From Owenia fusiformis (lineage: Eukaryota), in assembly GCA_903813345.2 (NCBI GenBank), contig CAIIXF020000001.1, forward strand, positions 6,882,001 to 6,946,000: a DNA stretch of 64,000 nucleotides. Direction: 5' to 3'. Shown here in pieces: positions 11,337 to 24,090 of this stretch. Each line of letters opens with the position of its first letter. Position 1 is the first letter of the stretch. Below the pieces are notes generated by a model. That model worked only from the letters and a program-made list of their open reading frames with translations, made no database searches and was not told the DNA's origin. Made by a program: the position numbers and the translations under genes.

Positions 11337-14052
11337 ATGTTTTCTAGACCCCAAAATATCTAGGCTTTCAAAAAGTTTTCGTTAGGTTAAATTTGCATTA
11401 ATCTCCATGTTCTTTAGGCTGCCTTTAACTCATGTTTAACTACTTCTTTATGATATTTTCCACTTTGATACATCTCTGGATGATATTAATAACAACTGGC
11501 TATCATGACCATGGGATATATATTGAATATATTGCTGATTAATTCTTGGATAATGTATCATGTGCTTCGATAATTTTCAACTTCTTAATAAAATATGTTT
11601 GCAACCAGCTCTCAAAGGGGATTATTTGATGTTTCATGCTCATAAAACAGAATACATTTTATTATGTCCATGTGATTTGTATCCTCCAACACACTGCTTG
11701 AATTAACGTTGCTGATAGTGATAAGTTGTTGATGGATACTTTGTTGGAAGCTTCGCCAGAAAGTGCCTTAGGGGTATAACCTTTTAAAGGACAGACAACG
11801 ACAACATCAGACGAAATGCTGTTATTCTTGTGGTGAATTTAGGTTTTTCTGTCGAATATTTTGTATCCTCTAAACAGTAATATTTCAGCTATGTACCAGT
11901 ACGATTCCAATGTCTATTTTGAGAAATGAAACTAATCCAATGTAATATGTAAATGATTGTTTTATAAATTCTTAATTATATCTAGTTTCTTAGTAAATTG
12001 AATGTGTTGAGCATGTGTTGGAGAATACAAATCATATGGACATAATAAAACGTGTTCTTATCATGAGTATGTAATATCAAGCAAATCCCCTTTGCCAAGA
12101 GCTGGTTTCAAACATTTAATTAATAATTTGGAAATTATAGGAGGACGTGATACATTTTATTTTATGTTGTCTGAGTTTGTCAAAAAATCATCGTTATAAA
12201 GCTGTTTTATAGAATTAATAAGCAATATATTCAGTATCGCATGGTCATGGATAGCCAGTTGTGTTAACATTAAAATAGTACACAATAAATGCCGTTGATA
12301 TTAATACACATGGCACAGGCTTTGGTAGAATAACAGAATTTAATATATATTAAAATATATTTGAAAATATATTTTATATTTGAAAATATTAATCATCGTA
12401 AATGTGCCCTTATAAATATGGTAGACACCCTGTACGTGATAAAGAATTATACGTTGGTTAAACAGCATTAATAAGTGATTAGGCACCGTTGCCTCACAAT
12501 AAGAAATTAATAAACGAGACTACACTTTTACGAGAACGATTCATCAATGTGACAACGATTATACTTTATAAATGGTCTTCTGATTTGAATATTTATAATT
12601 TGGACTTAGTATGCATCATTAGATCAATGAGTACAATATGCACCGGTATTTTAATACGCTGGTGAGTTATAGCTATACGCTCCCCAGCTTCTAAACCCAA
12701 TTGTGTTTTGTTCCCAGTTAATCCCTAAAGTGATAATCACGTCTCCCGTTTCCAAAGTTCCAACCCATGCCATGCATTGAATCTACGTCGTTGCATTGGG
12801 GTGAATAATAGATGTTACTCCAAGGATCCAAGCAATCCAGAAAGGACCTGTTTGGCAAAAATTGCGAACTAAACTTCCAAACTCAGCATACCTATACGGC
12901 AAAACCCATCTATATTAATGTATATGAGTGCACCATTGATCCTACCGTAAACACTTACACGCAAACCAAATTATTATTGACAAAGGTACAAATATGGGGA
13001 TTATCCCAATTTACTGTGCTTGTTTGATCAAGAATGTAATATTAGAAATGTATAAAATTATGTAAAATGATTGGAGAAAATAAATCGCAATAAAAAAATT
13101 AAAAAAAATATTGACAAACGTATTCCAAAAAGAGGGTACACTTTTGTGTCACCCTGTACGTTGTGAATTGTTTTTCTGTTTTAATGTAATGATTTGCTAC
13201 GCCCCAGAATTGTCCTCCTTTTGAAAAGTCAAGGGTTGCCATTTCTGATCGATCAGAACGTCATGAAAGTCACAATTGGTAAGTTTAAATTCCAGTATCA
13301 TATTAACTATAGGTTATGATGTTTAAATCAGAATTGGTAAGCTAAAAATCCAAATCATTTATTAAAGCAAGTTCCTCAGGCTTGTGACTGAGCATTGGTG
13401 GGTTTGACGTTTTAACCCATGGAAACGCTTCCTTTCCTAATCCCTGATTTATTTCATTTGGCCCTTGAACTCTATATTCAAGTCCATGAACACTTCAGTA
13501 GACCAACTTGTGTATTATTTTATAGTTTACATTTTTGATTTGTTTTCTATATTTATAGTTAGCATTTTTTATTTTGTGCATTTTTCATTATTCTTATCTA
13601 TACAATCTATTCAGTATTTTTGATTGTTAAAAAATCTTATTTGTATTGACGGACACTAATGAATTGAGCTCAAGCAATTTCTTTGGTAAACATGTTCCGT
13701 GCGTTACATCTCGCACGCATACTCGCTGACCAGTATGATTTTCAATCAAGATCATGCCTCGCATGTTATCGCATCGTGTTATTTTTATGATGATAGTCAT
13801 TGACTGATATTAATACTAGGACACCACACACCGTCATTGGCCGACATTCAATGTCGGATAAATAACGTCACTGGGGGAGGATATAATTGATGGAATAATT
13901 TTAAATATTCATCGGATTGCATCGGACCTCAGCTACCTTATTTAAAGCAATTCTGCAAGTCCTCGGCCATTAAGCTGTAAGATACCATCAAGAGGATCGC
14001 CAGGAAATATATAAAAATGCTATTAACTAAACCGTTATTTCTTTCAGTGACA

Positions 14053-14206
14053 ATGGTAAAACGTCAACATTTGATAAACATAGTGTTTTACATGGTAGCA
14101 AACATGCTGGTGCAATCCAGTCTGGGACATTCTCATTGTGATAAGAGATGTGAAAATCAAGAAGTTTCTGCATTACGGTCAACCTGGCGAGACCTGGGGA
14201 GTCAAG
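14053..14206 (+). CDS. Candidate secreted precursor gene, coding exon 1 (signal peptide + CxxxC)
   Basis: tttctttcAG acceptor at 14046-47, acaATGg start, donor G|GTAAAT (phase 1). MVKRQHLINIVFYMVANMLVQSSLGHSHCDKRCENQEVSALRSTWRDLGSQ. Confidence 0.55.
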
Positions 14207-14777
14207 GTAAATGAAACATTCACTATTCAATTTTATTTGAATTTATATTCCTAATATTGTTACATTGCAACTACGGGCTCGTGGTACTTTGGCATACAGG
14301 CAATACAATTGATTAAATGGCTGGTTTTACAAATGGTCGGACTCATATACATTATTAATAAAGACTGTATAGAACCAATCTAAATGAAAATATACATAGT
14401 ACTATTTAACAAAAATCAGAACAATTTTCGTATGCTGATCTAGGATGAATTCGAATAAAATAAAGTACATCCTAGCTATCGTGGAAAACAGCAGATCAAA
14501 TTTAAAATCTTTCACACTTTTGCAAAAAAAGTCAAATTGACAATCGGAGAAGTGTATGCAATTAAGTTTGCAATTAACGTCTCATACGGCTAGAGCATCG
14601 CCTTATTTCTTTTCAAAATACCTTGAGAAGTACCAGAGTTCCATCATTTATGCGCAAACATCTTCCTATTTCCCATTTTGGGAAGGACCGTTGTACATTT
14701 TAGAGAAGATGAGAAAGTATGAAGTTTTAGTACTCGGAACACAAGAAATGTGGACATTTTTGGCCCGCTTATATTAA

Positions 14778-16210
14778 CACGCCTAACCATCGACAAGGTA
14801 CAGTGACAAAATATACCGTAGTACACTTTTGATGTGCGATGTCACTATTTAACCGATTTGAAGCAAAGACAATGATGTAGGTTTGATATAGGTTTTAAAA
14901 AAAGAATCTGAGGAATGCATTAAGGATTTCATGTTTGATTTTTTGTGTATTCGTTTAGGAAGACACTTAACTTTCTAATAATGTTAAAAGATTTTCGAAC
15001 AGTGCTCGATTATTTCGTTGTAAATCTACCCATATCATTGGTCGGTTGGAAAATGTTGTGTTTTTACACATTTACTTTGATAATTTCCTCCCCTGTCGTC
15101 TAAGAGTGTCGACGATTTTTATGAGAATATGTTTCTTTAAACAGCACAATATTAAGGTCTGTTGAAGATTTAATAAGCATTAACATTTTGGCTATAATTT
15201 AAAAAATCCTAAGTGTATGTTGTCAACTGAACTTACTAAATTCTCAGTTAACCCTAATGCAGACAACGTATTGTTCATAACACTAACAGACAGGGGGGTC
15301 GGATGCATTTAAAATTGAAACAGAACAATTATATAATTACTTCAATTTGATTGAACTATTGAAACTTTCCAGATATATCATAAACGGGATTTTAAAACTC
15401 ATATCCAATAAGCTAGTATAGATGAGTAGATCTATCTTTCAATGTAACTAACAAAACGTAAAGTACAGACGCCAAATAATCAAACAGGCTGGAAGGAGAC
15501 TCCGTGGCAGTACTAGTCTTCAACATATTCTATTCCGAGACACTGGATGGGAGTTTGGGCTGGAAGCTAACACCAAATGGGCACAAATTAACCACCGCCA
15601 CTACTTTCATGAAATGAAAAAGCAAAAAGGATACTTGAAAATGTTCGTTAAAGATCACGTGTTACTCATAAAAACCTTAATGATTTTTGAAATGAAATCA
15701 TTACATTGTTTAATATTACGCATATCTCATGAATTTCAATTACAGGAACAACGTACATTCGAGTTGACAACGCACATTTCTGATTTTTTTAAATTACAAT
15801 AAATACTTGAATAGTTTTTAATCGCCACCCGTCCTTAATTGTGTAGTATAGAAAACATATTCTCATAAAAATAATCGACAGTCTTAGGCAACAGGGGAAA
15901 AAATGATCAAAGGAAATGTGAAAAACCCAACATTTTACAAGCGATCAATTTTCGTGGGTAGATTGACTACGAAAAACATCGAGCACTGTTAGAAAATCTT
16001 TTAACATTATTAGAAAGTTAAATGTCCGCCTAAACGGATGCACACGAAATTAAACATGAACTCTTTCAAGTATTCCCAAGATTAATTTTTTAAAACCTAC
16101 ATCACACCTGCAGCATTGTCTTTGCTTCAAATCGGTTAAATAGTGACATCGTACATCAAAAGTGTACTACGGTATATTTTGTCACTGTACCTTGTCGATG
16201 GTTAGGCGTG
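14778..16210. mobile_element. 1.43-kb non-autonomous DNA transposon with CACGCCTAACC termini, ~350-bp inverted arms and 5-bp TSD ATTAA
   Basis: Outer ~95 bp almost perfectly inverted, inner arms diverged; ATTAA on both flanks. Confidence 0.85.
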
Positions 16211-16919
16211 ATTAATGTGGTTGAGAAACTGAGTTCTGAAATATTTTTGAGCTAACGCACCTATTCAGTACTCACCCTGTGACTGAAGGTCAGAACGTCA
16301 AATAACTAAAGAATGCAGCTATAATTTTCTAAACGGGCACAACGTACTAGCTGATTATTTTCATCTAAAACATATTTAAAGACGTTACAAATATTTTCCT
16401 TTGGTAAATGTGATTTTTCTGAGCTCAGTATCACCCTATGTTGACTGTGTTATACGAAAACAAGCGTTGTGGCTATCATATGTGCACTGTCACTAAACGG
16501 TCATTTTTAAATTTGAAATTTGAATTTGAAAATGGGAAACATTAATCGGAAATGTGCTACCTCTAAACAATCGGTGTAGCTATCTGTCTAGTGACGGATC
16601 TCTCTCAAAAACAATTTATATCGATATGTCATCTCGATCACCAATACTGAACGAAGGCTGTAAATGGTGTATTAAAGCGGCAATTTCAAATTATTTGCTT
16701 TGGAGAAAGAATAAATGCGTCCCTTTTATTAGTTATCCAAGATACAAATGGGTGAATATAATTGAGTACCCAACGCGTCTTAGTTTATGAACTGTCGCAA
16801 ATTCAATTTCAAAAATGACCACACCGTGCGTACATGATATCCGCATTTTGTTTTCGTATATAGCACACTCCGTATATTGTGAGTATATATCTGATATCGT
16901 TTTTGGAATCACAGTACGG

Positions 16920-18064
16920 ATATTTATAGGATATCCTATGATTTTGAGGAATACCATTTTTATATACGAGTTGATATTGATATCTGCACGAGAGAGCGAA
17001 GCGAACGAGTGCATATATCAATATCACCGAGTAGATGATATTCTGAAAAATCATAGGATGTTCTTATTAGTAGCGCACTAGATGATTATCATTGAAAATT
17101 ATAGTTCAATTTGGCCGGAAATCAACAAGGGTAGTATATCATCGCGATATCCTCCACATTGGTTCGAGAAACGAACGGGTGCATTTATAGGATATTCTAT
17201 GATTTTGAGGAATATGATTTTTATCTACAGGGTGATATTGATATCTGCACGAGAGAGCGAAGCGAACGAGTGCATATATCAATATCACCGAGTAGATGAT
17301 ATTCTGAAAAATCATAGGATATTCTTATTAGTAGTGCACTAAATGTATAGTGTTACGCGGTAAACACGATACAAAAATATGTCATATTCCGCAACGAATA
17401 TGGCATATTCACTTGCGGTGTATGACAGATTCACCTGCGGTATATAGCATACACACTAACCAATGAGAACGTGATACGGAAGTACGTGATTGTCAATTGA
17501 ATCGATTGAACGACCAAGTAAAACGCTGTAGATTATTATAATGATTACTGAATCAACAGTTCTGTGTATCGAATATATTAACTTAGCAGAATTATCAGTC
17601 ACCAATCTCGCGTAATAAACTTACTCAATCAATCCAGGATTCATATATTAGTACTCGACGCACTAACTATATTGGTAATCCAGCGTAGTTTTACATTTAG
17701 AGTCGACTCTTGCAACCAATCAAATCAAGGCTTTTTGTATCACGTTTTCACCTGCGGTATATGTCATATTCACCTGCGGTGTATGGCATATTCCGCAAGT
17801 GAGTATGACATATTCCGCAGGTGAGTATCGGGTATTCACTGAAATCAATGTATCGCATATTCACTGCGGAATATCGCATACTCACCTGCGGAATATGCCA
17901 TATACCGCAGGTGAGTATGGCATATTCACCCGTATCACAAATACCGCACAACCATGAATGTATGCCATATACCGCGTAACATATAGTATCATTGAAAATT
18001 ATAGTTCACTTTGGCCGGAAATCAATAAGTGGAGTATATCATCGCGATATCCTCCACATTGGTT
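16920..18064. repeat. Tandem duplication of a ~245-bp module with a hairpin centred on GAGAGCGAAGCGAACGAG; second copy interrupted by an insertion
   Basis: 16920-17085 matches 17183-17345; 17087-17164 matches 17987-18064. Confidence 0.75.
17351..17981. mobile_element. TGT...ACA-ended non-autonomous element (Ginger2/TDD-like), 5-bp TSD TATAG
   Basis: tgttacgcggta ... taccgcgtaaca TIR; TATAG on both sides; ~21-bp subterminal repeats (tatgccatattccgcaggtgag); absent from the sister copy of the duplication. Confidence 0.7.
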
Positions 18065-18124
18065 TCTTCCCGGAGTATAACGGTGGCGATATCCTCCGGT
18101 TATTCATTTTGCCAATAGTTATCA

Positions 18125-19271
18125 AACGAGCATGTAGGTTATCGAAAACAATTTCAAACGATTCTAATTTGAATTATGAATATTTTCTGATCATGAACAT
18201 GAGTGTATCTTTTAGATCCATTCATTATCTTCAAGAAAAGTATATATATAATGATAATTTAGTGAATCAGACCTAAGTGATATTGAAGAGGCAATGGACC
18301 AATCAACATACTTTTTCAAAAATGTTGACCTAATTTTCACCAAATATGCAACCTTTTATTATATTGTTGAATGCATAATTAGAATGTGCTTTGAGCCATG
18401 TTCGATTTCCTAAAAGGAAAAGTTGATTGCTCCATGGACTTTAAACATACTGAATTTGGATGACCAAAATGAACTGAAACCAATGGATAGCATGATATTT
18501 TTCAATGGAGAAATAACATGGGGAACACTTATCTTAAAGCAATGAAGTGTTTCTTTCAAGAACTATTTGATACATCAAAATAGAATAGTAATGCATTAAA
18601 CATTCTAAAAAATGATTGCATTTTTGGTGAAAATGGGGTCAACATCTTCGAAAACGCGTGTTGATTGCTAGTTAAATATCCCCGAGTTTGTTTGACTTCA
18701 TTATTACTGTATATAATTTTCTTTGAGATAATGAATTGATCTTAAAGATAAACCTGTCTTCATTGTCAGAAAATAGTCATAATCGTGGCGATATACTTTG
18801 TATTTTATGTGATGAAAACAAGGTTGAAAATGAGACACGTTTTTTATTTCAATGAACTAGATATCATGATAAAAGATTAAAATTCTTTCAGAATCTTGAC
18901 CTAAATAATTTAGAAGAAAGTGAAAAAATGAAACTTCTTTTCAATGAACACACCTGTAAGATAGTTAAATATATCAAAGAAGCATTTATTAAAAGAAGGG
19001 AATATATTTATAATCAATGACTTTCTCTTATATATACTTACAAAGCATTACTGCTGAAATTCGATTTTTATAATTTGTAAAAAGTGGTTGATAAGCCCAA
19101 GGTGGGCTGGGTAAATTATTATATTACACTGTATTACTGATATATATTGTATGTAAGACCGACCACTATAATATGAAATAAACTAAACTAAACTAAACTT
19201 TACTAAACTAAACTAAACTAACATAATCCAAGATATAACCTTCTGAAATTGTTTGCTATACCCTACGTGCT
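18125..19271. mobile_element. Old, diverged foldback element interrupted by a LINE tail
   Basis: 18125-18350 is an imperfect reverse complement of 18610-18784 plus 19222-19271. Confidence 0.55.
18785..19221 (+). mobile_element. 5'-truncated non-LTR retrotransposon (RTEX-like) 3' end with (ACTAA)n tail and TSD CATAATC
   Basis: Translates ILCILCDENKVENETRFLFQ*TRYHDKR...KIVKYIKEAFIKRR, a decayed C-terminal CCHC motif (CxxC...ExExHFLFxC); microsatellite tail; cataatc at 18778 and 19222. Confidence 0.75.
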
Positions 19272-21131
19272 CCTTTATTTTCCAATGTTATGCATTTAGT
19301 AAACCAAGTTTAGGACAATCTCCTTTCGATCGTATGTTCGGCAAAAGGACCGAGGCGTTTACTCCTGCTTAACACCCTTGTTCATTTCCCATTCCACTAC
19401 CATCCACTCCTACGTATACACGTTGGAGAAATAGATTATGGGGTGGATTGGAGTGGAAGCAAGAACTTGACGATGCAAGATTGACGTATACTTTTTTGGA
19501 ATGACACCATGGCGTAGAATAATGGAAATATTACAACGCATGCGCGTAAATCGACATTTCATGGTCCAAAGATTTCAATGGAGAGCAGTCTTCATCAAAA
19601 TTTAAAATCTTAATAATTTTTTAGCAAATCATTTATTTTCTTTGGATTCAACGGATCCTTGTTACACCCAACGAAGTGTTCGTTTTGATATATAAATCAG
19701 CAAAATCCATCCATAGATCTTTCGGCCTTTTAATGATTTAATTTTCGGAATATTTTGCTTAAATCCCCCATTGGCTGCCATTATAAACTTTGAAAAAACT
19801 CAAATCCTCATCATTTCATATCATTCGTTAAGTGATCTAAACAACTCCAATCTCGCTAAGGATTCAACGGATTCTAAGAGATCAAAGCTAATACAATATG
19901 TTGACAACCCCCGTTTCACCATTTGCCGCATAATCTTTCCATTATTCTATACGCCATGCAATAGTACAGGAAACTGTTCCAGGGTTTGAAAAATGTATAT
20001 ATTTTTTTAAACCACTCTTTTCCTTATTTTCTTCAAATTGATAAAGAATGTGTTCTATTTCAAAACGTTTTAAACAACTAATAGAAATGAGTGTATATCT
20101 TTAACTATATTTAAGCCAATTTCTATCCTTGACTGGAACGTAAATATCTAATTATAGCTTCCCTACCAGAACGTAAAGATCCTTTTTTACACATAAACGA
20201 CGGAAACATAACATTGGAAGCGAATTAGTAGCACACTTAGATCTGTTTAACTTGACAGACACTCACTAATTGGTATTTCAATTAAATTACTCAATGCACC
20301 TTGACGTCACCTCAAGGGAGAAGATAAGCAGAGATACTGTTCCAACTGTAAGACTTATCTAAATGATTGATTTATAAACCCAACGAACGCATATTTTACC
20401 AGTCGACTTTCACCATTGTGAGTTGGCGTTAAAGTATTCTAATCCAACGTGAACGTAAATGGCATTTTGAAAATTTTTAATCTAACTAGCAATTATTACA
20501 CATCCACTCGAAGTTTCGAACGAAACCTTAATCCATCCTCTTTTAACGAGATTTATGTTGGATTAAGGCAGTTCGAGACGTATCCTTTGATACACTTGGG
20601 TATCTCTCCCCGCAAGACGTGCACCACTCCCGCATAAGTAACCCCGACTCATCCATCACCTGTGAGCCTATTAGATAATTCTCATCATCTTTATCGTTAT
20701 TATCCTGGATTATACACCAGTACTTACTTAGCAAGTAATTATAACGAGGGGGATATCGATACTTATTACGTTTAATTGACTTGTGGTCGTCATATTGACT
20801 CTCCAGATCGCTACTTATGTATTATTAAGGAAATCATAAAATACATCCGGATTTTTACGCTACCCTAGTTTCGTAGTGTCCTAGTACTTTGTATAGCTTT
20901 GTAATATCAACAAGGGGCGCCCTGTTTAACAATGACGTGTTCTCCATTTGTTTATAAACTGCCATTTTCTGAAATCACCTCCTCAAAGCATTTTTACCTT
21001 TTTTTACCTTTTTAGCCATAGACTACAACTCTCAAATCTGGGCTCATCGTTACAAATGCATCTAATGTTTTTTATCATCATGATTTAATTATTGAGTGTC
21101 GTGATCAATTTGTTTTTATCACTATTTGCAG

Positions 21132-21359
21132 ATGTTCCATTTGAAATGTTCGTGCGCAATTTACTACATGAACTACAGCAATTCAAAGAACTTGAAATGG
21201 CAAGAACTGCTCTACTGGCATTAATAGAAGAGTATAATGACTGTATGAGGACTTGTGAAGTTCCGCACAGTAAACGAAATATTATGTCATCACCGAAATC
21301 GTTAAAATTGGCCAAGGTTATTGAAATGATTGCAACCAACTACGAGAGAAAGGTTAAAG
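21132..21359 (+). CDS. Candidate secreted precursor gene, coding exon 2
   Basis: tttgcAG acceptor, AAG|GTAAGA donor, open phase 1-1 exon: (D)VPFEMFVRNLLHELQQFKELEMARTALLALIEEYNDCMRTCEVPHSKRNIMSSPKSLKLAKVIEMIATNYERKVK. Confidence 0.6.
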
Positions 21360-21620
21360 GTAAGACACATGACTTGCTTTAATGTCTGATTCTTTTCTTC
21401 ATCATATATCTGTGGAAACAATAAACCGATGAGGTGTTGTTGTTTTGAGGTGTATTAATGATTTGATATTAATCTGATGATTAATATATTGTCATCCCCT
21501 GTCGCCTTGTCTACGTACACTGTCGCCCTTATTTCCCTCACGCGGCACTAACATGGCCTATTGCATAATCTTGTAAAACGGTTATTAAAAATTTATCATC
21601 AATATACATTTTCTTTTCAG

Positions 21621-21649
21621 AGCCACAGACGGTAGGCTTCAGCAAATGA
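21621..21649 (+). CDS. Candidate secreted precursor gene, terminal coding exon
   Basis: Strong ttttcttttcAG acceptor 260 nt after the exon 2 donor; (E)PQTVGFSK*. Confidence 0.5.
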
Positions 21650-23235
21650 CATGCATCCATGTAGCTCCTTATATTGTATGATTCAAGGAGGAAAGTGAAA
21701 CATGACAATGGCTCCTATCACTGCGGACAGGACACTGTTATTCACAATGATGCATCAAATAAACGAACAGCGTTATACGCTGAGATAGAGACTGCACTGG
21801 ACATTGATATTAGAGGCGACTAGAGTAGTTCTATACGACACACATGATCTCAGGCGCATTCATAAGTAGATCCATGACATCGGTACCCTGTATTGACAAT
21901 ATTATACCATTATACAATTAATCAAAGCGTGGACACATTAATTATAATGAAAGTTATTAAAAAGGTTTCATCTTATCTTGTGGGGATGAGAAAGAGGGAA
22001 TCTTCCTCAATAATCAATTAATAAGAATATGTTCTGGATCCTATGTAAATACCTAATAATAAATGGGGTATAAGACTATGTGCTTCGTCCGCTCTCTGTC
22101 CAAGTTACCAACCACCCTTGATCTACATTTCTATCAAAAATATTTTTGATCAAAATTATCCAATAACCCTAACATTTGCCGCCTTTTGCCCCATCAACAA
22201 AACTTCATTTGATAATGCCATAAATTGTAATTAGCTATGTTTCCAGACAGGACTACTTATCGCTTATAAACGTATTGCTTTTTTGAAAGATTTCTTAGCA
22301 TAAGTGAACATAAGTGCCTACAACTTATGACATCATAAATATGGCCTATGTAGCTAAGAAAAGCAATATACTGCCTCACACAGGAAAGTTACAAATTCTA
22401 CCACGTGATACATGCGATTGTGCCTCTGTCTGAATAAATCATTTCTAAGCCAATTTTTCTCACTATATTCAATTTTATATTTTATTTATCTTGCTTTAAG
22501 AACATAAGACCCCTAAAATGTTGCAATTTCAAGTGATTATTAATTGAATACCTTTTATCCAATATTCACGGAAGATGCGCTGAGTGTGCAAAAGACAATA
22601 AACACTTTATTAAAATGGTTATTCAGTATCAATTCTTGATTAAGGCAACGCTTAGAATCCCAATGGACTTTCTATATAAAACTATTTAATAGGATATGTT
22701 GGGAGTATATTAGTAGTATATTTCTTGTTTGTTGGATCAGAAATAAATGCACTTTAAATGCTGAAAATCATTTTATGGATAATGGATCCCAAAGGTTTTA
22801 CTAAAAGGCGTACCGTCATTGGATTTAAAATTAATTCAAAATATAATCACAATCCGAGGTATGTTAATTACAATGTGTTCACCTTACCTCGGTAGGTGTC
22901 TGTTGGAAACTACAATGCTAAGAGTGTCAGGGAGCATTTCAAACTATCAATGAATTATATCAAACAATGATATACTATACTCTAGTATATGTATGGGTAG
23001 TTCCCGATTTCCCCTGAAATAATATACACTGCATCAAAAGTTCACATATATAGGGTTCCAAATATTTGGTTTTTCTTCTTAAAAGAGAGTTTCATCTCGG
23101 TTTACATATATTGAACACTAGGCTCTGGCTCTATGGGTACCTAGCTTTTGGAAAGTGTGGGATAAATTGTTTTTGGTTATGTTAGTACTTCTTTGATGTT
23201 CAAGTTTTAAGCCCTATGCACTAGTAACCTATATA

Positions 23236-24090
23236 CAGGGTGAGCAAAAAAACGTCCATATTTCTTTATTTTGATAGAATGTTTTTGTAATGCATGGGGC
23301 GAAAAGTAAATGCGCCCAATTTTCTATTCTTGGACAGGAGGATTAACAAAGTATTAATCTGGGGTTCATTTTTGGAAGGTCGTAACATACGATTGGTCGC
23401 TAGTCCTGGTTCGTCAAAAAGTACACAATGGTTTTCTTGGAATCGTAAATAACGATCAAACCAAAAACGAACCCCTGAGTCCCGTGCCCTGAGTACTATG
23501 GAACATAAAAAACAGTTATATCGCTTGTGGGCCCAATCGAACACCTTGTTGATCTTCTCTACCACAAACAAGATTTCGGAATCGTTTTCCATGTATGGGC
23601 GGATTTTCTTAATCGCCCCTTTCTTAGTACTGGAGCAGTTTTTATTCATCTTACTACTTATTCGTCGTATGATACCACTGGCGGATCTGGGAGGGGGGGG
23701 GGGCCAAAAATAATTTTGAGCAAAAAAGGCCTTAAAGCCCCAAAAAAGGCGCCTTTTTGGTCATTATTTGGCCTTGTAAGGCCTTATTTTTGAATTTCAG
23801 GCCAAATTTTGAAGAAAATTTCAAAATTGGGGCCCACTTTTCGGTTTTAGGGGCCAAATATTTTTTTATGCGCAAGCGCGGAAGTTGTTTTTTACCTGAA
23901 ATTTGGGCCCCCCCTTGTTTGTTTCCAGATCCGCCCCTGGATACTTTAACATTCCATTTTATGTGGAATTAATATTTCAGAATATGCCGAACACCCCACA
24001 ACATACTTCCCCATCAAAAATATTTTTAAAATATATACATTATTCAAAACACATTGCCAAATAAACAAATGGAAGTTTTTGGTCACCCAG
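23236..24090. mobile_element. Tc1/mariner-like non-autonomous element (TA|CAGGGTG termini), degenerate
   Basis: TA|cagggtgagcaaaaa ... tttttggtcacccag|TA. Confidence 0.5.
23676..23939. mobile_element. CA...TG MITE (GGCGGATCTGG TIR), 5-bp TSD GATAC, nested
   Basis: gatac|cactggcggatctgg ... ccagatccgcccctg|gatac. Confidence 0.8.

Noticed and set aside
19510-19958. Inverted pair catggcgta..aataatggaaa as a defined MITE
   Set aside because: The IR is imperfect and no TSD was found, so boundaries are uncertain.
14150-21200. Globin resemblance of the spliced peptide (EVSALRSTW...EMFVR...KEL)
   Set aside because: Superficial A/B-helix likeness only; no CD1 Phe or proximal His pattern downstream.
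23266-23649. 127-aa ORF as a transposase
   Set aside because: No DDE/D or HTH motif recognisable; it lies in a decayed element.
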